DNA of 64,000 bases from an uncultured Anaerolineales bacterium (lineage in GTDB: Bacteria; Chloroflexota; Anaerolineae; UBA7937; B3-Chlor). Positions 1-7,836 of the stretch are shown in pieces. The notes beneath the pieces were generated by a model. It searched no databases, was not told where the DNA came from, and saw only the letters and a program-made list of their open reading frames with translations. Location of the stretch: the NCBI GenBank assembly GCA_964433755.1, contig CAYSSR010000002.1, positions 81,419-145,418 of the forward strand, written 5' to 3'. Within the stretch, counting starts at the first letter, position 1; the number at the start of each line of letters is the position of its first letter. The position numbers and the translations under genes are program-made.

Positions 1-1
1 C

Positions 2-1414
2 ATCCAGATCGCCTCCATCGGCACTGCCGGAGAGAAGAAGTCACTGACGGCTTGCGTGGTCAACGACGGTGGCAGGGCAGCCGGGCGCAGCGGCCTGGGC
101 GCCGTCATGGGCGCCAAGAAACTGAAGGCAGTGGCAGTCAAGGGCAACCTCAAGGTCCCGTTGGCCGATGAGAAGGGGATCACAGCACTCCGAAGGGAAT
201 ACCAGAAGAAGCCAAGCTCCTTCGCGTCATCTCTTCACGACTACGGAACGTGCTCCGGAACAGCCGCCTCGGCCCAGAGCGGAGACTCCCCCGTCAGGAA
301 CTGGGGTGGCGCCGGTCCATCCCACTTTCCGATGGACAGGGCTGAGAGGATCGGGGAGGAATCTGTGGTCGCGTTGCAGGCCAAGAGATACGGTTGTTGG
401 GGCTGCCCCATCGCCTGCGGTGGCTGGGTCAAAGTTGACCACGGCCCGTACGCCCTGTCTGCCATGCCCGGCTCGCTGGGGCACAAGCCTGAGTACGAGA
501 CACTATGGTCCTTCGGCACCGATCTTCTCAACGACAACCTGGACTCCATTGTCAAGGCTAACGAGATCTGCAACGAGTACGGGCTGGACACCATCTCAGT
601 CGGCGCGACCATTGGTTTCGCTATCGAGTGTTTCGAAGAGGGCATCATCAACACACAGGAGACGGACGGGCTCGAGCTGACCTGGGGAAACCACGCAGCC
701 ATCGTCGCTCTCGCTGAGAGCATCGCCCGACGCGAGGGGTTCGGCGATGTCTTGGCCGATGGGGCCAAGCTGGCTGCGGAGAGGATCGGTCGTGGCGCCG
801 AGCAGTATGCCATCCACGTGTGGGGAGAGGAGCTGCCGGGGCACGATCCCAGATTCACGCCTGCTCTGGCCACTACCTACTTGATGGACGCCACACCTGG
901 TCGTCACACGCAAGGCGGCGCTTGGTCGCCCCCCGGTATCAGGGTCCGAGGCACCAAGTACAAGTACGCCTACGAGGGACAGGCCGAGGACTTCTACAAG
1001 CTGTGGACCTCCATGCACGTGGTCAACTCGGCGGGACTGTGCATGTTTGGCCACTTCTCCTATCACATCGACCTGATCGCCAGTCAGCTCAGTGCTGTCA
1101 CCGGGTGGAACTACACTCGGGAAGACGTTTGGGACACCGGTATGCGCATAGGGACTATGCGTCACATCTTCAACCTGCGTGAAGGCCACAACCCTCTCGC
1201 GAGGAACGTGCCCGGGCGTATGATTGGGGAGCCTCCGCTGGAGGAAGGCCGGCTCAAGGGGATCACCGTGGACTACCAGACCATGCGCAGCGAGGTCCTG
1301 GCTCGCTTCGGCTGGGATGCCCACACCGCCGTGCCGAGCGAGGAGACTCTACGTAGTCTGGACCTGGACTTCCTTCTGGATGACGTGGCGAGCTTCCACG
1401 TGTCGCCGGCGTGA
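2..1414 (+). CDS. Aldehyde:ferredoxin oxidoreductase (AOR family, W/Mo-pterin), 5' end cut by window
   Basis: Frame is open from nt 2 (IQIASIGTAGEKKSLTACVVNDGGRAAGRSGLGAVMGAKKLKAVAVKG...), typical AOR sequence through to the stop at 1414. Track ORF 56..1414 is the same frame from an internal GTG. Confidence 0.85.
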   Translation: MQIASIGTAGEKKSLTACVVNDGGRAAGRSGLGAVMGAKKLKAVAVKGNLKVPLADEKGITALRREYQKKPSSFASSLHDYGTCSGTAASAQSGDSPVRNWGGAGPSHFPMDRAERIGEESVVALQAKRYGCWGCPIACGGWVKVDHGPYALSAMPGSLGHKPEYETLWSFGTDLLNDNLDSIVKANEICNEYGLDTISVGATIGFAIECFEEGIINTQETDGLELTWGNHAAIVALAESIARREGFGDVLADGAKLAAERIGRGAEQYAIHVWGEELPGHDPRFTPALATTYLMDATPGRHTQGGAWSPPGIRVRGTKYKYAYEGQAEDFYKLWTSMHVVNSAGLCMFGHFSYHIDLIASQLSAVTGWNYTREDVWDTGMRIGTMRHIFNLREGHNPLARNVPGRMIGEPPLEEGRLKGITVDYQTMRSEVLARFGWDAHTAVPSEETLRSLDLDFLLDDVASFHVSPA

Positions 1415-1421
1415 AACCGGC

Positions 1422-2648
1422 CTAGTAGAGCAAGGCCCCACAGATCGACACGAACGACGTCCCCTGACTGTCGGCGGGACACTGGGCGTACCCGGTGATC
1501 ACCCCTTCCGTCTCCCCCAGCAAGCTAAGAGCCAGATAGATGGGCGGCAGGCCGCAGATCCGCCTCCGGTCGCTCTCCGCTCTGATCTGCTCCAGAAACG
1601 CTTCCTCGTCACCTGCACAGACCAGGCTCAATGTCTCCTCGTCGGCCGTCTTCAGGCGAGCCTTCTGGACGAAATCGATGCCGTAGCCGTCACCGAAGGC
1701 AGGCCCGACGTGCGCCAGATCCCCTGCGGCAACGATCATCGTCCTGCGAGAGGCCACAGTCTCCTTCAGCACATCGAGACAGGCATTCAGTTCGGCATCC
1801 TCGGACGGAGTCGCGTCGCCCTCCATGAACGCCTCGAAGCCGCCGCACAGGATCGGCACCAGCGAGCACGGCCCGTCGCCTACGAGGTAATGCAGCCATA
1901 CGGCCGCCAGTTCGATAGAGTGCTCAACGCGGTGGTGGAGTTCGTGACCAAACACCCTTTCGGGTCCCACAGCCCGTGCGATCCGATCCACGACATCGTT
2001 CGCAGTCGCGAGCGCGCCCCAAGGGGTCGCGTATCTCTGGTGTGTCAACGTGAGCTTGGCGCCGCCGATGTGGTCCGTTCCCAAGATGATCGCCAGCTCG
2101 ACCTCCTTGATCACCTCTTCCGCCCGCTGCCAGACGCTGGCGTAGATCGGTCCACCCCGTTCGTAGTCGATGTGCGGACTGACCAGGCCTCTCACATCAC
2201 GCCCTTTCACCGCATTTGGTGTCTGCCCGGCCGTGAGGGCCTCAGCGACGTAGGATTCAAGGGTCGCCTCCAGCGCCCCTGCATCGGCCGGATAGCTCTG
2301 GCCGGCCAGCACCGGCGGGCGAGACGTCGCTGTGCGGAATCCACTCAATGCAGCCTCGTATGCTTCTGCGAAACGATCATTCTCCAGCAGCAGGGCCCCG
2401 TCCATTTGCGCCAGCACCTGCTCCAACGTCGTTGATCCTATCTGGACCCCAGCCCGAACGGCCAATGACGCGCGTAGTCCCGCCTGGTCGCGGGTGCCAT
2501 CGCACAGTTGTAGCAGGGGCGCAAGCGTCATCGGCAGAAAAACGGCCTGCGTACTGACCCTCAACGGATCACGTAGCAGGACCCCACGCTGCCCAGACTG
2601 ATCGACGACGTGGACCTCGAGGTCCCGCAGCTTTGGTCTAGACGACAT
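1422..2648 (-). CDS. MEMO1-family protein (AmmeMemoRadiSam system protein B-like) with ~130-aa N-terminal extension
   Basis: Motifs LVSPHIDYERGGPIYA, ILGTDHIGG, VAAGDLAHVG. Start moved to ATG 2648 (MSSRPKLRD), which has GGGAGAGG directly upstream; the track start at 2801 adds an implausible leader. Confidence 0.75.
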   Translation of the reverse strand: MSSRPKLRDLEVHVVDQSGQRGVLLRDPLRVSTQAVFLPMTLAPLLQLCDGTRDQAGLRASLAVRAGVQIGSTTLEQVLAQMDGALLLENDRFAEAYEAALSGFRTATSRPPVLAGQSYPADAGALEATLESYVAEALTAGQTPNAVKGRDVRGLVSPHIDYERGGPIYASVWQRAEEVIKEVELAIILGTDHIGGAKLTLTHQRYATPWGALATANDVVDRIARAVGPERVFGHELHHRVEHSIELAAVWLHYLVGDGPCSLVPILCGGFEAFMEGDATPSEDAELNACLDVLKETVASRRTMIVAAGDLAHVGPAFGDGYGIDFVQKARLKTADEETLSLVCAGDEEAFLEQIRAESDRRRICGLPPIYLALSLLGETEGVITGYAQCPADSQGTSFVSICGALLY

Positions 2649-2845
2649 CCTCTCCCATCCTGTCCAGCGTCTACTCGGCGATATGTTACCACAAGCGCAC
2701 ACGAGAGCCAATAGGCTCGACCTGTGGTGTGTGGTGGAGCCACGATACCCGGAGAATCGGCCAGCCTCGGCCCCACTCATGGCTTTGCGCGGCTCGTTCA
2801 CGCCGGATATGCTGCACCATGGCGGGATAGCGAGAGGGACAATCC

Positions 2846-2874
2846 TTGACCTCCAACCCGCGATCGGCTATAAT
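2846..2874 (+). promoter_or_regulatory. Putative sigma70 promoter of the tRNA cluster (-35 TTGACC, 17 nt, -10 TATAAT)
   Basis: TTGACC 2846-2851 and TATAAT 2869-2874 with an exact 17-nt spacer. tRNA-Pro begins 13 nt after the -10 box. Confidence 0.55.
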
Positions 2875-2886
2875 ACGAACATGCAG

Positions 2887-2959
2887 CGGGGTGTGGCGCA
2901 GGTGGGAGCGCGCGGCGTTTGGGACGCCGAGGTCGTAGGTTCAAGTCCTATCACCCCGA
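2887..2959 (+). tRNA. tRNA-Pro (anticodon TGG)
   Basis: Cloverleaf drawn by hand: acceptor CGGGGTG/CACCCCG, anticodon stem CGGCG/CGCCG, loop TTTGGGA, T-arm GTAGG-TTCAAGT-CCTAT. CCA is not encoded. Confidence 0.9.
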
Positions 2960-2986
2960 CTAGCTTGCCGCTCTGGCGGCTTACCG

Positions 2987-3059
2987 GCGGGAGTAGCTTA
3001 GTTGGCAAAGCATCTGCCTTCCAAGCAGAGGATCGCGAGTTCGAATCTCGTCTCCCGCT
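2987..3059 (+). tRNA. tRNA-Gly (anticodon TCC)
   Basis: Acceptor GCGGGAG/CTCCCGC, anticodon stem TCTGC/GCAGA, loop CTTCCAA, T-loop TTCGAAT. CCA is not encoded. Confidence 0.9.
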
Positions 3060-3067
3060 CCTCAACG

Positions 3068-3140
3068 GGGCCCATAGCTCAGTGGTCAGAGCGACCGGCT
3101 CATAACCGGTTGGTCCCAGGTTCGAATCCTGGTGGGCCCA
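3068..3140 (+). tRNA. tRNA with CAT anticodon (elongator Met, or Ile2 if lysidinylated)
   Basis: Acceptor GGGCCCA/TGGGCCC with a paired 1:72, anticodon stem ACCGG/CCGGT, loop CTCATAA, T-arm CCAGG-TTCGAAT-CCTGG. Lies only 8 nt after tRNA-Gly. Confidence 0.85.
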
Positions 3141-3157
3141 TCGCCGTGCGCGTGTCA

Positions 3158-3193
3158 GAAGGCCCTCCTCGACATCGAGAAGGGCCTTTGTTG
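3158..3193 (+). terminator. Intrinsic terminator after the tRNA cluster
   Basis: AAGGCCCT (3159-3166) pairs with AGGGCCTT (3181-3188), followed by TTTGTTG. Confidence 0.6.
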
Positions 3194-3228
3194 TAGAGAG
3201 CCACGTTCCGGCAGAAAGGTCGTCACGC

Positions 3229-3645
3229 ATGGTTGTCACGGAGAGCATCAGCTTCCACACGCGGGGTAACGGCCAGGTGATAGACATCACAGATTCTGTG
3301 GCGCGCAAGGTCGCAGGGTCCGGCATCAGGGACGGCGTGGTCACCATCTTCACGCCTAGCGCCACCAGCTCACTGACGACTATCGAGTACGAATCGGGCG
3401 CTGTCACCGACCTGCAGACGCTATTCGACCGTCTGGTGCCCCAGGACCTTGAGTATCGTCACAACTTGCGGTGGGGAGATGGCAATGGCCACAGCCACGT
3501 GCGGGCAGCGTTGCTGGGAGCGTCTCTGAGTGTGCCCTTCGTGAGCGAGCGACTCACCCTTGGCACGTGGCAGCAGATCGTCTTCCTTGACTTCGACGTA
3601 CGGCCTCACGATCGTAAGCTAGTTCTGCAAATCATGGGCGAGTGA
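3229..3645 (+). CDS. YjbQ/UPF0047 family protein (secondary thiamine-phosphate synthase family)
   Basis: 138 aa with family-typical ..ITDSV...SGIRDGVVTIFTPSATSSLTTIEYESG...NGHSHVRAALLG... Confidence 0.85.
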   Translation: MVVTESISFHTRGNGQVIDITDSVARKVAGSGIRDGVVTIFTPSATSSLTTIEYESGAVTDLQTLFDRLVPQDLEYRHNLRWGDGNGHSHVRAALLGASLSVPFVSERLTLGTWQQIVFLDFDVRPHDRKLVLQIMGE

Positions 3646-3690
3646 CTCCATCGGAGAAGAACGTCTGGAGTCGCCCCACCAGATAGGTAG

Positions 3691-4806
3691 ATGTCCAAGA
3701 CCGCCGTCATACTGTCAGAAGAGCTATGGCAAATCGGGCATGGCGAGAACCATCCACTGAGGCCTGAACGACTACAGCGGGCGTACGAGCTGCTGACAGC
3801 GTGCGAAGCGTTCGATGGGCACGACTCGCGGCTCGTGGGCCCCAGGCCCGCCACCACGGACGAGCTACTGCTCTTCCACACCAAGGAGTACGTAGACGCG
3901 GTCCGCAGTCTCAGCAGTGGGGAGGCCACCTTTGCCCCCAGCCAGTACAACTTTGGTCCAGGCGACAATCCCGTCTTCGATGGCATGTACGAAATCGCTG
4001 GCCTGAAGGTTGGCGCCGCGCTGCGGGCTGCCGAACTAGTCAGCAGTGGCGAGGTCGACGTAGCCTTCAGTCCTGCCGGCGGGATGCATCATGCCCGCGC
4101 TAACTACGCCTCCGGATTCTGCATCTTCAATGACCTCGCCGTACTCATCCACTCTTTGCTCGCCCAGGGGCTCCGAGTTGTCTACGTGGACATAGATGTT
4201 CACCACGGCGATGGTGTCCAGGAAGCCTTCTACGATACCGACAGAGTGCTGACGATATCGGTGCATGAATCGGGACGCTTCATCTTTCCAGGTACCGGTT
4301 TCGTGGGAGAGACTGGGCGGGGAGTCGGACAAGGCTTTGCGGTTAACCTGCCCCTGGCGCCCTACACTGACGACGAGGTCTACGTGTGGGCCTTCGAGCA
4401 AGTGGTGCCCCCATTGATCCAGTGGTTTGGGCCTGACGTCGTGGTGAGCCAACTGGGGATCGACACGCACTACCTGGATCCTCTGGGACACCTGGCTCTC
4501 ACCACGCAGGGCTACTCTCAGGTGGTGGCGATACTCAAGACATGCGCGCCACGGTGGGTGGCGATGGGGGGTGGTGGCTATGAGGTAAGTGTCATGCCGA
4601 GGGCGTGGACACTAGCCTACGGCATCATGAGCGACCAAGACTTCCCAGATGAGCTGCCGGCTTCGTACGCCGCGAAGTACGGTCAGGGGACTCTGCGCGA
4701 TCACAACCAGCCAAACATCGAAGCGAGCACCAAGGCCATCACACGTCGCCAAGCTTCAAGAGCCATAGAGGAGTTGCAAGAGAAGCTGCCAGCCCTGCGA
4801 CAGTAG
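3691..4806 (+). CDS. Histone deacetylase-family enzyme (AcuC / acetoin-utilization-type deacetylase)
   Basis: HPLRPERL, GGMHHA, SGFCIFND and DIDVHHGDGVQEAFY motifs. Confidence 0.85.
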   Translation: MSKTAVILSEELWQIGHGENHPLRPERLQRAYELLTACEAFDGHDSRLVGPRPATTDELLLFHTKEYVDAVRSLSSGEATFAPSQYNFGPGDNPVFDGMYEIAGLKVGAALRAAELVSSGEVDVAFSPAGGMHHARANYASGFCIFNDLAVLIHSLLAQGLRVVYVDIDVHHGDGVQEAFYDTDRVLTISVHESGRFIFPGTGFVGETGRGVGQGFAVNLPLAPYTDDEVYVWAFEQVVPPLIQWFGPDVVVSQLGIDTHYLDPLGHLALTTQGYSQVVAILKTCAPRWVAMGGGGYEVSVMPRAWTLAYGIMSDQDFPDELPASYAAKYGQGTLRDHNQPNIEASTKAITRRQASRAIEELQEKLPALRQ

Positions 4807-4917
4807 ATCTGCCGATCGCACACCTCCAAAGAGGGCAGCCCTCCTCCCCGGCAGAACCCGGCCACCTGTGTCCGCCAGTCCACACGACAGATGAGCAGCC
4901 ACACCATCGAGCGTCAT

Positions 4918-5178
4918 TCAGCGTGGCTCCACCTGGAATCTCATCGCCGTGCGCTTGCCTCCATCCACAGGCACCTCAATGAAACTAGGCACGCACACGA
5001 TCGTCATACCATCCACCGCAAGGTACGAACGAGCGACAGCTATGGCCTTCATCGCCTGGTTCACAGCCATAGGACCGATAGCTTGGACCTTGGCTTCGTT
5101 GCTCTGCCGCACCGACGCAGCGATAGCTCCGGCCACGGCTGTAGGTTTTGAACGCGTCGCTACTCGGATGACTTCCAC
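4918..5178 (-). CDS. spoVS: SpoVS-family protein (86 aa)
   Basis: VEVIRVATRSKPTAVAGAIAASVRQSNEAKVQAIGPMAVNQAMKAIAVARSYL...KRTAMRFQVEPR aligns over its full length with SpoVS. GTG 5178 is preceded by GGGGGAGAAG; the track start at 5274 adds 32 unrelated residues. Confidence 0.8.
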   Translation of the reverse strand: MEVIRVATRSKPTAVAGAIAASVRQSNEAKVQAIGPMAVNQAMKAIAVARSYLAVDGMTIVCVPSFIEVPVDGGKRTAMRFQVEPR

Positions 5179-5338
5179 CGCTTCTCCCCCCTTGGGCTTC
5201 CCCGAGCCTGTCCAGACATGCGAAGTGTAGACATCCCAAATAGGCCTCGGCAGAGTGCTTGGCAATAGCACCAAAGGTCACCAGCCAGGTTTGAGGACTG
5301 ACCGAGCTTCTCGAGAAGGGCACGACAGTCGGATTGGT

Positions 5339-6118
5339 CTACGCAAACTGTCCGACCAGTGCTCCAGAGCGTCGACGAAGCAGCGCTCCCACTTCCCTCC
5401 GCCGGATGTCGGCCAGCACCCCTAGAAGTTCATCGGCCTCGAACGGCTTTTGCAGGTACGCAAACACGTTCAGGCCCTGCGCCTTTTCCACCTCCAAGGA
5501 GGCCGGCTCTCGTCCCTCGGTCGCTAGTACGACAGGAAGACTGTCGTACCTCTCCCGGATCTTCTCCAAGAGCTCCAGCCCCTTGACGCCGTTCAGCTTG
5601 GATCCCAGGAAGACCGCCTGTCCGCTCGGCCTGAGGATCTCGAGCAGGTTCTCCGGGTCCTCAACCTTCAGCACCGTGAGACCGCGACGCTCCAAACCCT
5701 CTCCGACTACGCGCCAAAACTTCGCATCGTCATCCACGACCACGATGGACCGTTGCTCGTTGAGCACAGTCAGGAAGCATAGCAGCAAGTCGATGTCGAT
5801 CGGCTTGACGAAGCTCGCAAGAGCGCCCTCTCTCAGTCCCTCGTTCACCAGGGTACCGGCTGCATAGGCGGTCATGAACACGACGGGGAGGTGAGGATGT
5901 ACGCCCCTGATGGCCCTCAGCAAATCGACTCCATTGACCTCCGGCATCTTGATGTCGGTGAGAACGCAGTCGAAGTGATCCTCCCCAACCTTCTCCAATG
6001 CTTCCGGGCCCGAGTACGCGGCGTCGGCTCGGTATCTATTGAGGTTGAGTACGTCGACGAGCGTCTTGGCCATCGGCCAATCGTCGTCGACTACAAGAAT
6101 ACGCATTTCCTTGTTCAT
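5339..6118 (-). CDS. Response regulator with REC plus pseudo-REC domains, no output domain
   Basis: First REC has the canonical MRILVVDDD...VLTDIKMPEVNG...KP. The second REC-like half has G/S at the phospho-acceptor position (AVFLGSKLNGVKG). ATG 6118 overlaps the upstream stop as ATGA. Confidence 0.75.
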   Translation of the reverse strand: MNKEMRILVVDDDWPMAKTLVDVLNLNRYRADAAYSGPEALEKVGEDHFDCVLTDIKMPEVNGVDLLRAIRGVHPHLPVVFMTAYAAGTLVNEGLREGALASFVKPIDIDLLLCFLTVLNEQRSIVVVDDDAKFWRVVGEGLERRGLTVLKVEDPENLLEILRPSGQAVFLGSKLNGVKGLELLEKIRERYDSLPVVLATEGREPASLEVEKAQGLNVFAYLQKPFEADELLGVLADIRRREVGALLRRRSGALVGQFA

Positions 6119-6579
6119 ACCCTTATCCCCGCATGAAGGCACGGGGTCAAAGAAGACGCAACGTCAGACTGAGGCGTGTCTTTCGCTCTCGCGCTCAAGG
6201 CGCCACTCACGACCGCCAACAACTGCTCCAGTGCGAACGGCTTCGACAGTAGTCCCTGGGCATGGTCGCGGGCATACCGCACCACCCGCTCCTCGGGGTT
6301 GCCTGTCATCACCACGAGCGCTGTGTGGGGGCTGGTCTCCCCAATCAAGCTCACCAATTCGCATCCGTCTGAGCGGCGCAGATCCACGTCGGCGATCGCC
6401 AAATCGTAGCTGTCGGCGCTCACCTCGCTCACCGCATCCTTGGCGCGGCGTGCGGTCGTAACCTGATAGCCCTCGCGACTCAGCACCCGCCTTAGGAGGT
6501 CGAGGATGATCTGCTCATCGCCCACCACGAGTATCTTCCTTCCGTCCTCTCTCCTGACCTCTAGATTTGTGCCAATCAT
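6115..6579 (-). CDS. Single-domain CheY-like response regulator
   Basis: KILVVGDEQ..., DLAIADVDLRRSDG, ALVVMTG, SKPF motifs. Confidence 0.8.
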   Translation of the reverse strand: MIGTNLEVRREDGRKILVVGDEQIILDLLRRVLSREGYQVTTARRAKDAVSEVSADSYDLAIADVDLRRSDGCELVSLIGETSPHTALVVMTGNPEERVVRYARDHAQGLLSKPFALEQLLAVVSGALSARAKDTPQSDVASSLTPCLHAGIRV

Positions 6580-6729
6580 ACAATCATTCTCTCCAACACT
6601 GCCTCCTCGCCACCCTCCACGCGGCAGACACCATCTCCTTCGCCGCGCTGAGGCGATTCGGCCGACACTGTCGGTTCGGATGTCACTCCGCCATCATCTT
6701 TGCCCACCATCTAGCCCAGAGACCGTGTC

Positions 6730-7017
6730 CTAGTCGACAGCAGGTTCGAGCAACAGCCTGTGCACAGGCTGCCTGGGCCTGGCCATCTTGCGATAGCCGT
6801 TACCGTTGCCACCGCTCGGTCGCTGACTCATCCATGTATGCAGTTTCCGTGCGAACTCTGTAACAGAATCGGCCTTGATACCCGTGAGGGCATCCTGTTC
6901 CTCAGCATCGAGATCGAAATCCTCCACGACGATCGCGGGATTGGTGAGTAGAGTATCACGAAACTTCCCATCTATCAGAGCCATGCACATAATGTTGTTC
7001 AAGGTCTGATCTGACAT
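6730..7017 (-). CDS. Small protein resembling NHLP-clan (nitrile-hydratase-leader-like) RiPP leader domains
   Basis: 95 aa. LNNIMCMALIDGKFRDTLLTNPAIVVEDFDLDAEEQDALTGIKADSVTEFARKL follows the pattern seen in NHLP / Franean1_4349 / Os_1348-type families. SGG at residues 68-70 is followed by a 25-aa tail. GGAGGGGATAGG lies before the ATG. Confidence 0.5.
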   Translation of the reverse strand: MSDQTLNNIMCMALIDGKFRDTLLTNPAIVVEDFDLDAEEQDALTGIKADSVTEFARKLHTWMSQRPSGGNGNGYRKMARPRQPVHRLLLEPAVD

Positions 7018-7043
7018 CCTATCCCCTCCAGTCGCACAAGTGT

Positions 7044-7625
7044 CTACGTCGAAGTAGCGCGGGCCTCACGCAGGAACATCGACTCTTTCAAGAACAAGAA
7101 CACCCCCATCACGATCAGAACATCTCCTACGCTAAGAGCCGTTGGGATCGGAAAGGGCTTGGGAATGACCATGATGTCCGAGAGAAACCACAGCGTGGCA
7201 TCTCCGGGCTTGGCCACCATGTTCTTGGTGCGTCCCACAATGTATCCCGTCTGCAGTTGGGCTACGTTGCCGTCGTATCCTATCTGGACCAACGCATCGG
7301 GTGTGATAGGCATGAAGCCGCCGTTCAACACCATCACCAAGAAGTTCAGCAGCAAACCCACGCCTATGAGCTTCACTCCGTCCAGATCGCGGTTCTGCCA
7401 AACCACCACGAACAGCAGGAAGTGCGATGCCGTGAGCAACAAGGACCTCGCACTTAGTAATCCATGAGCCGTCTCAGCAGGAAAGAAGATGAGGTACGCC
7501 TGCATGAGAAAGGCGAGAGGGGCCAGCCACGCCCACTTCACTTCGACGTGGGCGAGATTGCCGACCCTGCCTCCCACTGCCGCCAGCCCTATTATCAGAG
7601 CCAGACATAGGGCTATCAGGATCAT
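7044..7625 (-). CDS. Polytopic membrane protein, DUF5317-like
   Basis: 193 aa with 5-6 hydrophobic helices. NGGFMPITPDAL and LSDIMVIP...SVGDVLIVMG resemble DUF5317 as I remember it. Confidence 0.55.
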   Translation of the reverse strand: MILIALCLALIIGLAAVGGRVGNLAHVEVKWAWLAPLAFLMQAYLIFFPAETAHGLLSARSLLLTASHFLLFVVVWQNRDLDGVKLIGVGLLLNFLVMVLNGGFMPITPDALVQIGYDGNVAQLQTGYIVGRTKNMVAKPGDATLWFLSDIMVIPKPFPIPTALSVGDVLIVMGVFLFLKESMFLREARATST

Positions 7626-7631
7626 CGCTGT

Positions 7632-7754
7632 CTATCCGCCACTTCCCCCATATCCCGGAGGAGCGCCAGCCGCAGCAGCCAGCGCGACGAGCGTCAGAAC
7701 GATCCACGCGATCCTCATGTTCCGTGCCGTGAAGTACGCTGCCATCTTTCTCAT
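7632..7754 (-). CDS. Candidate small membrane peptide (40 aa), not in the ORF track
   Basis: Hand translation gives MRKMAAYFTARNMRIAWIVLTLVALAAAAGAPPGYGGSGG*. GGGGAGGG lies 7 nt before ATG 7754, and the stop is 6 nt before the DUF5317-like ATG. Confidence 0.3.
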   Translation of the reverse strand: MRKMAAYFTARNMRIAWIVLTLVALAAAAGAPPGYGGSGG

Positions 7755-7755
7755 G

Positions 7756-7799
7756 AAAAAACCCTCCCCGTAGTTATGCTTCCATTCTACCGGGGAGGG
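7756..7799 (-). terminator. Intrinsic terminator after the STAND/SARP regulator gene
   Basis: On the minus strand, CCCTCCCCG (7799-7791) pairs with CGGGGAGGG (7770-7762). The loop is 20 nt and TTTTTT follows at 7761-7756. Confidence 0.6.
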
Positions 7800-7818
7800 T
7801 TTAGCTAATGTTTAGCTA
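7784..7818 (-). promoter_or_regulatory. Tandem direct repeat TAGCTAAAC-AT-TAGCTAAAC (11-bp phase) 9 nt upstream of a TAGAAT -10 box; candidate activator (SARP)-dependent promoter
   Basis: Repeats at 7818-7810 and 7807-7799, TAGAAT at 7789-7784 (minus strand). There is no recognisable -35 at the 17-nt position (AACATT). Confidence 0.35.
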
Positions 7819-7836
7819 GAGAGACCGAGCTAGGAT

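Noticed and set aside
3068-3140. The tRNA with CAT anticodon as an initiator tRNA-fMet.
   Set aside because: Positions 1:72 are a paired G:C, and the anticodon stem lacks the three consecutive G:C pairs typical of bacterial initiators. It is therefore an elongator Met or Ile2 tRNA.
2887-3140. tRNA genes (also 18350..18421) as integration sites of a genomic island or prophage.
   Set aside because: I found no integrase, transposase or phage-like genes flanking them, and I noticed no duplicated tRNA 3' segment. The neighbours are ordinary housekeeping genes.
6576-6710. A 44-codon minus-strand ORF (MVGKDDGGVTSEPTVSAES...) whose TGA overlaps the CheY-like ATG as ATGA.
   Set aside because: It has no SD and an acidic, low-complexity product, and an ORF of this length is likely to arise by chance in GC-rich DNA. 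Only the ATGA overlap is suggestive.
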